DNA of 15,951 bases from a virus. A program made the position numbers and the translations under genes. Within the stretch, counting starts at the first letter, position 1; every line of letters begins with the position of its first letter. Shown piece by piece: positions 15,632-15,951 of the stretch. The notes beneath the pieces are model-generated. The model saw nothing but the letters and a program-made list of their open reading frames with translations. It was not told the origin of the DNA and made no database searches. The stretch lies in the UHGV virus genome UHGV-0230172; one strand, given 5' to 3'.

Positions 15632-15951
15632 CTATCAAATCAAATACGCCAGCACACGACAAGGACTGCTGGCAAACGCCGCTTTGGCTTTTTGATGCAC
15701 TGGATATTGAGTTTGGATTCTGGCTGGATTCAGCTGCGAGCGACAAAAATGCTCTGTGCGCTCACTGGCTAACTGAGGCCGACGACGCGCTCAATTCTGA
15801 GTGGGTAAGTCACGGTGCAATCTGGAATAACCCACCGTACAGCAATATCAGGCCGTGGGTGGAAAAAGCCGCTGAGCAGTGCATACAACAGCGACAGACG
15901 GTAGTTATGCTTGTGCCAGAGGATATGTCAGTCGGATGGTTCAGCAAGGCT
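15628..15951 (+). CDS. Phage DNA N6-adenine methyltransferase (Dam-like), 5' partial, continues beyond window
   Basis: ATG overlaps the ninB stop (ATGA); 108 codons without a stop to the window edge; contains NPPY within HGAIWNNPPYSNIRPWVEKA, the catalytic motif of N6-adenine methyltransferases. Confidence 0.85.
   Translation, partial: MTIKSNTPAHDKDCWQTPLWLFDALDIEFGFWLDSAASDKNALCAHWLTEADDALNSEWVSHGAIWNNPPYSNIRPWVEKAAEQCIQQRQTVVMLVPEDMSVGWFSKA

Noticed and set aside
15373-15746. Minus-strand ORFs 15373..15564 and 15537..15746
   Set aside because: Antisense to ninB and the methyltransferase, both identified by motif.

Overview
The window is a contiguous segment of a lambdoid prophage running from the integration module, through the early-left operon, a lambda-type immunity region and the replication module, into the start of the nin region. 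Calls rest on reading the six-frame ORFs against remembered lambda sequences; no search was run. The immunity cassette (N, nutL, pL/oL, cI, oR/pR/pRM, cro, nutR, cII leader) matches lambda almost base-for-base at the sites I can recall, but everything around it is mosaic. Minus strand: P4-type tyrosine integrase (184..1338), AlpA-type excisionase, accessory ORFs including a Lar-like zinc-ribbon protein and an Ea22-like protein, an SSB flanked by two HNH-type proteins, a Rad52-like annealing protein, Kil-like and cIII-like ORFs, an AT-rich moron of unknown function, then N. Plus strand: cro, a divergent cII, an O-like initiator with internal ori iterons, a TOPRIM primase / DnaB-like helicase in place of lambda P, NinB and a partial N6-adenine methyltransferase. 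The most interesting locus is an AT-rich insert in the slot where lambda carries rexA/rexB (9249..10164), encoding a two-transmembrane-helix protein and possibly a small partner ORF; I propose it as a candidate exclusion or abortive-infection module. No tRNA, rRNA or CRISPR array was seen.
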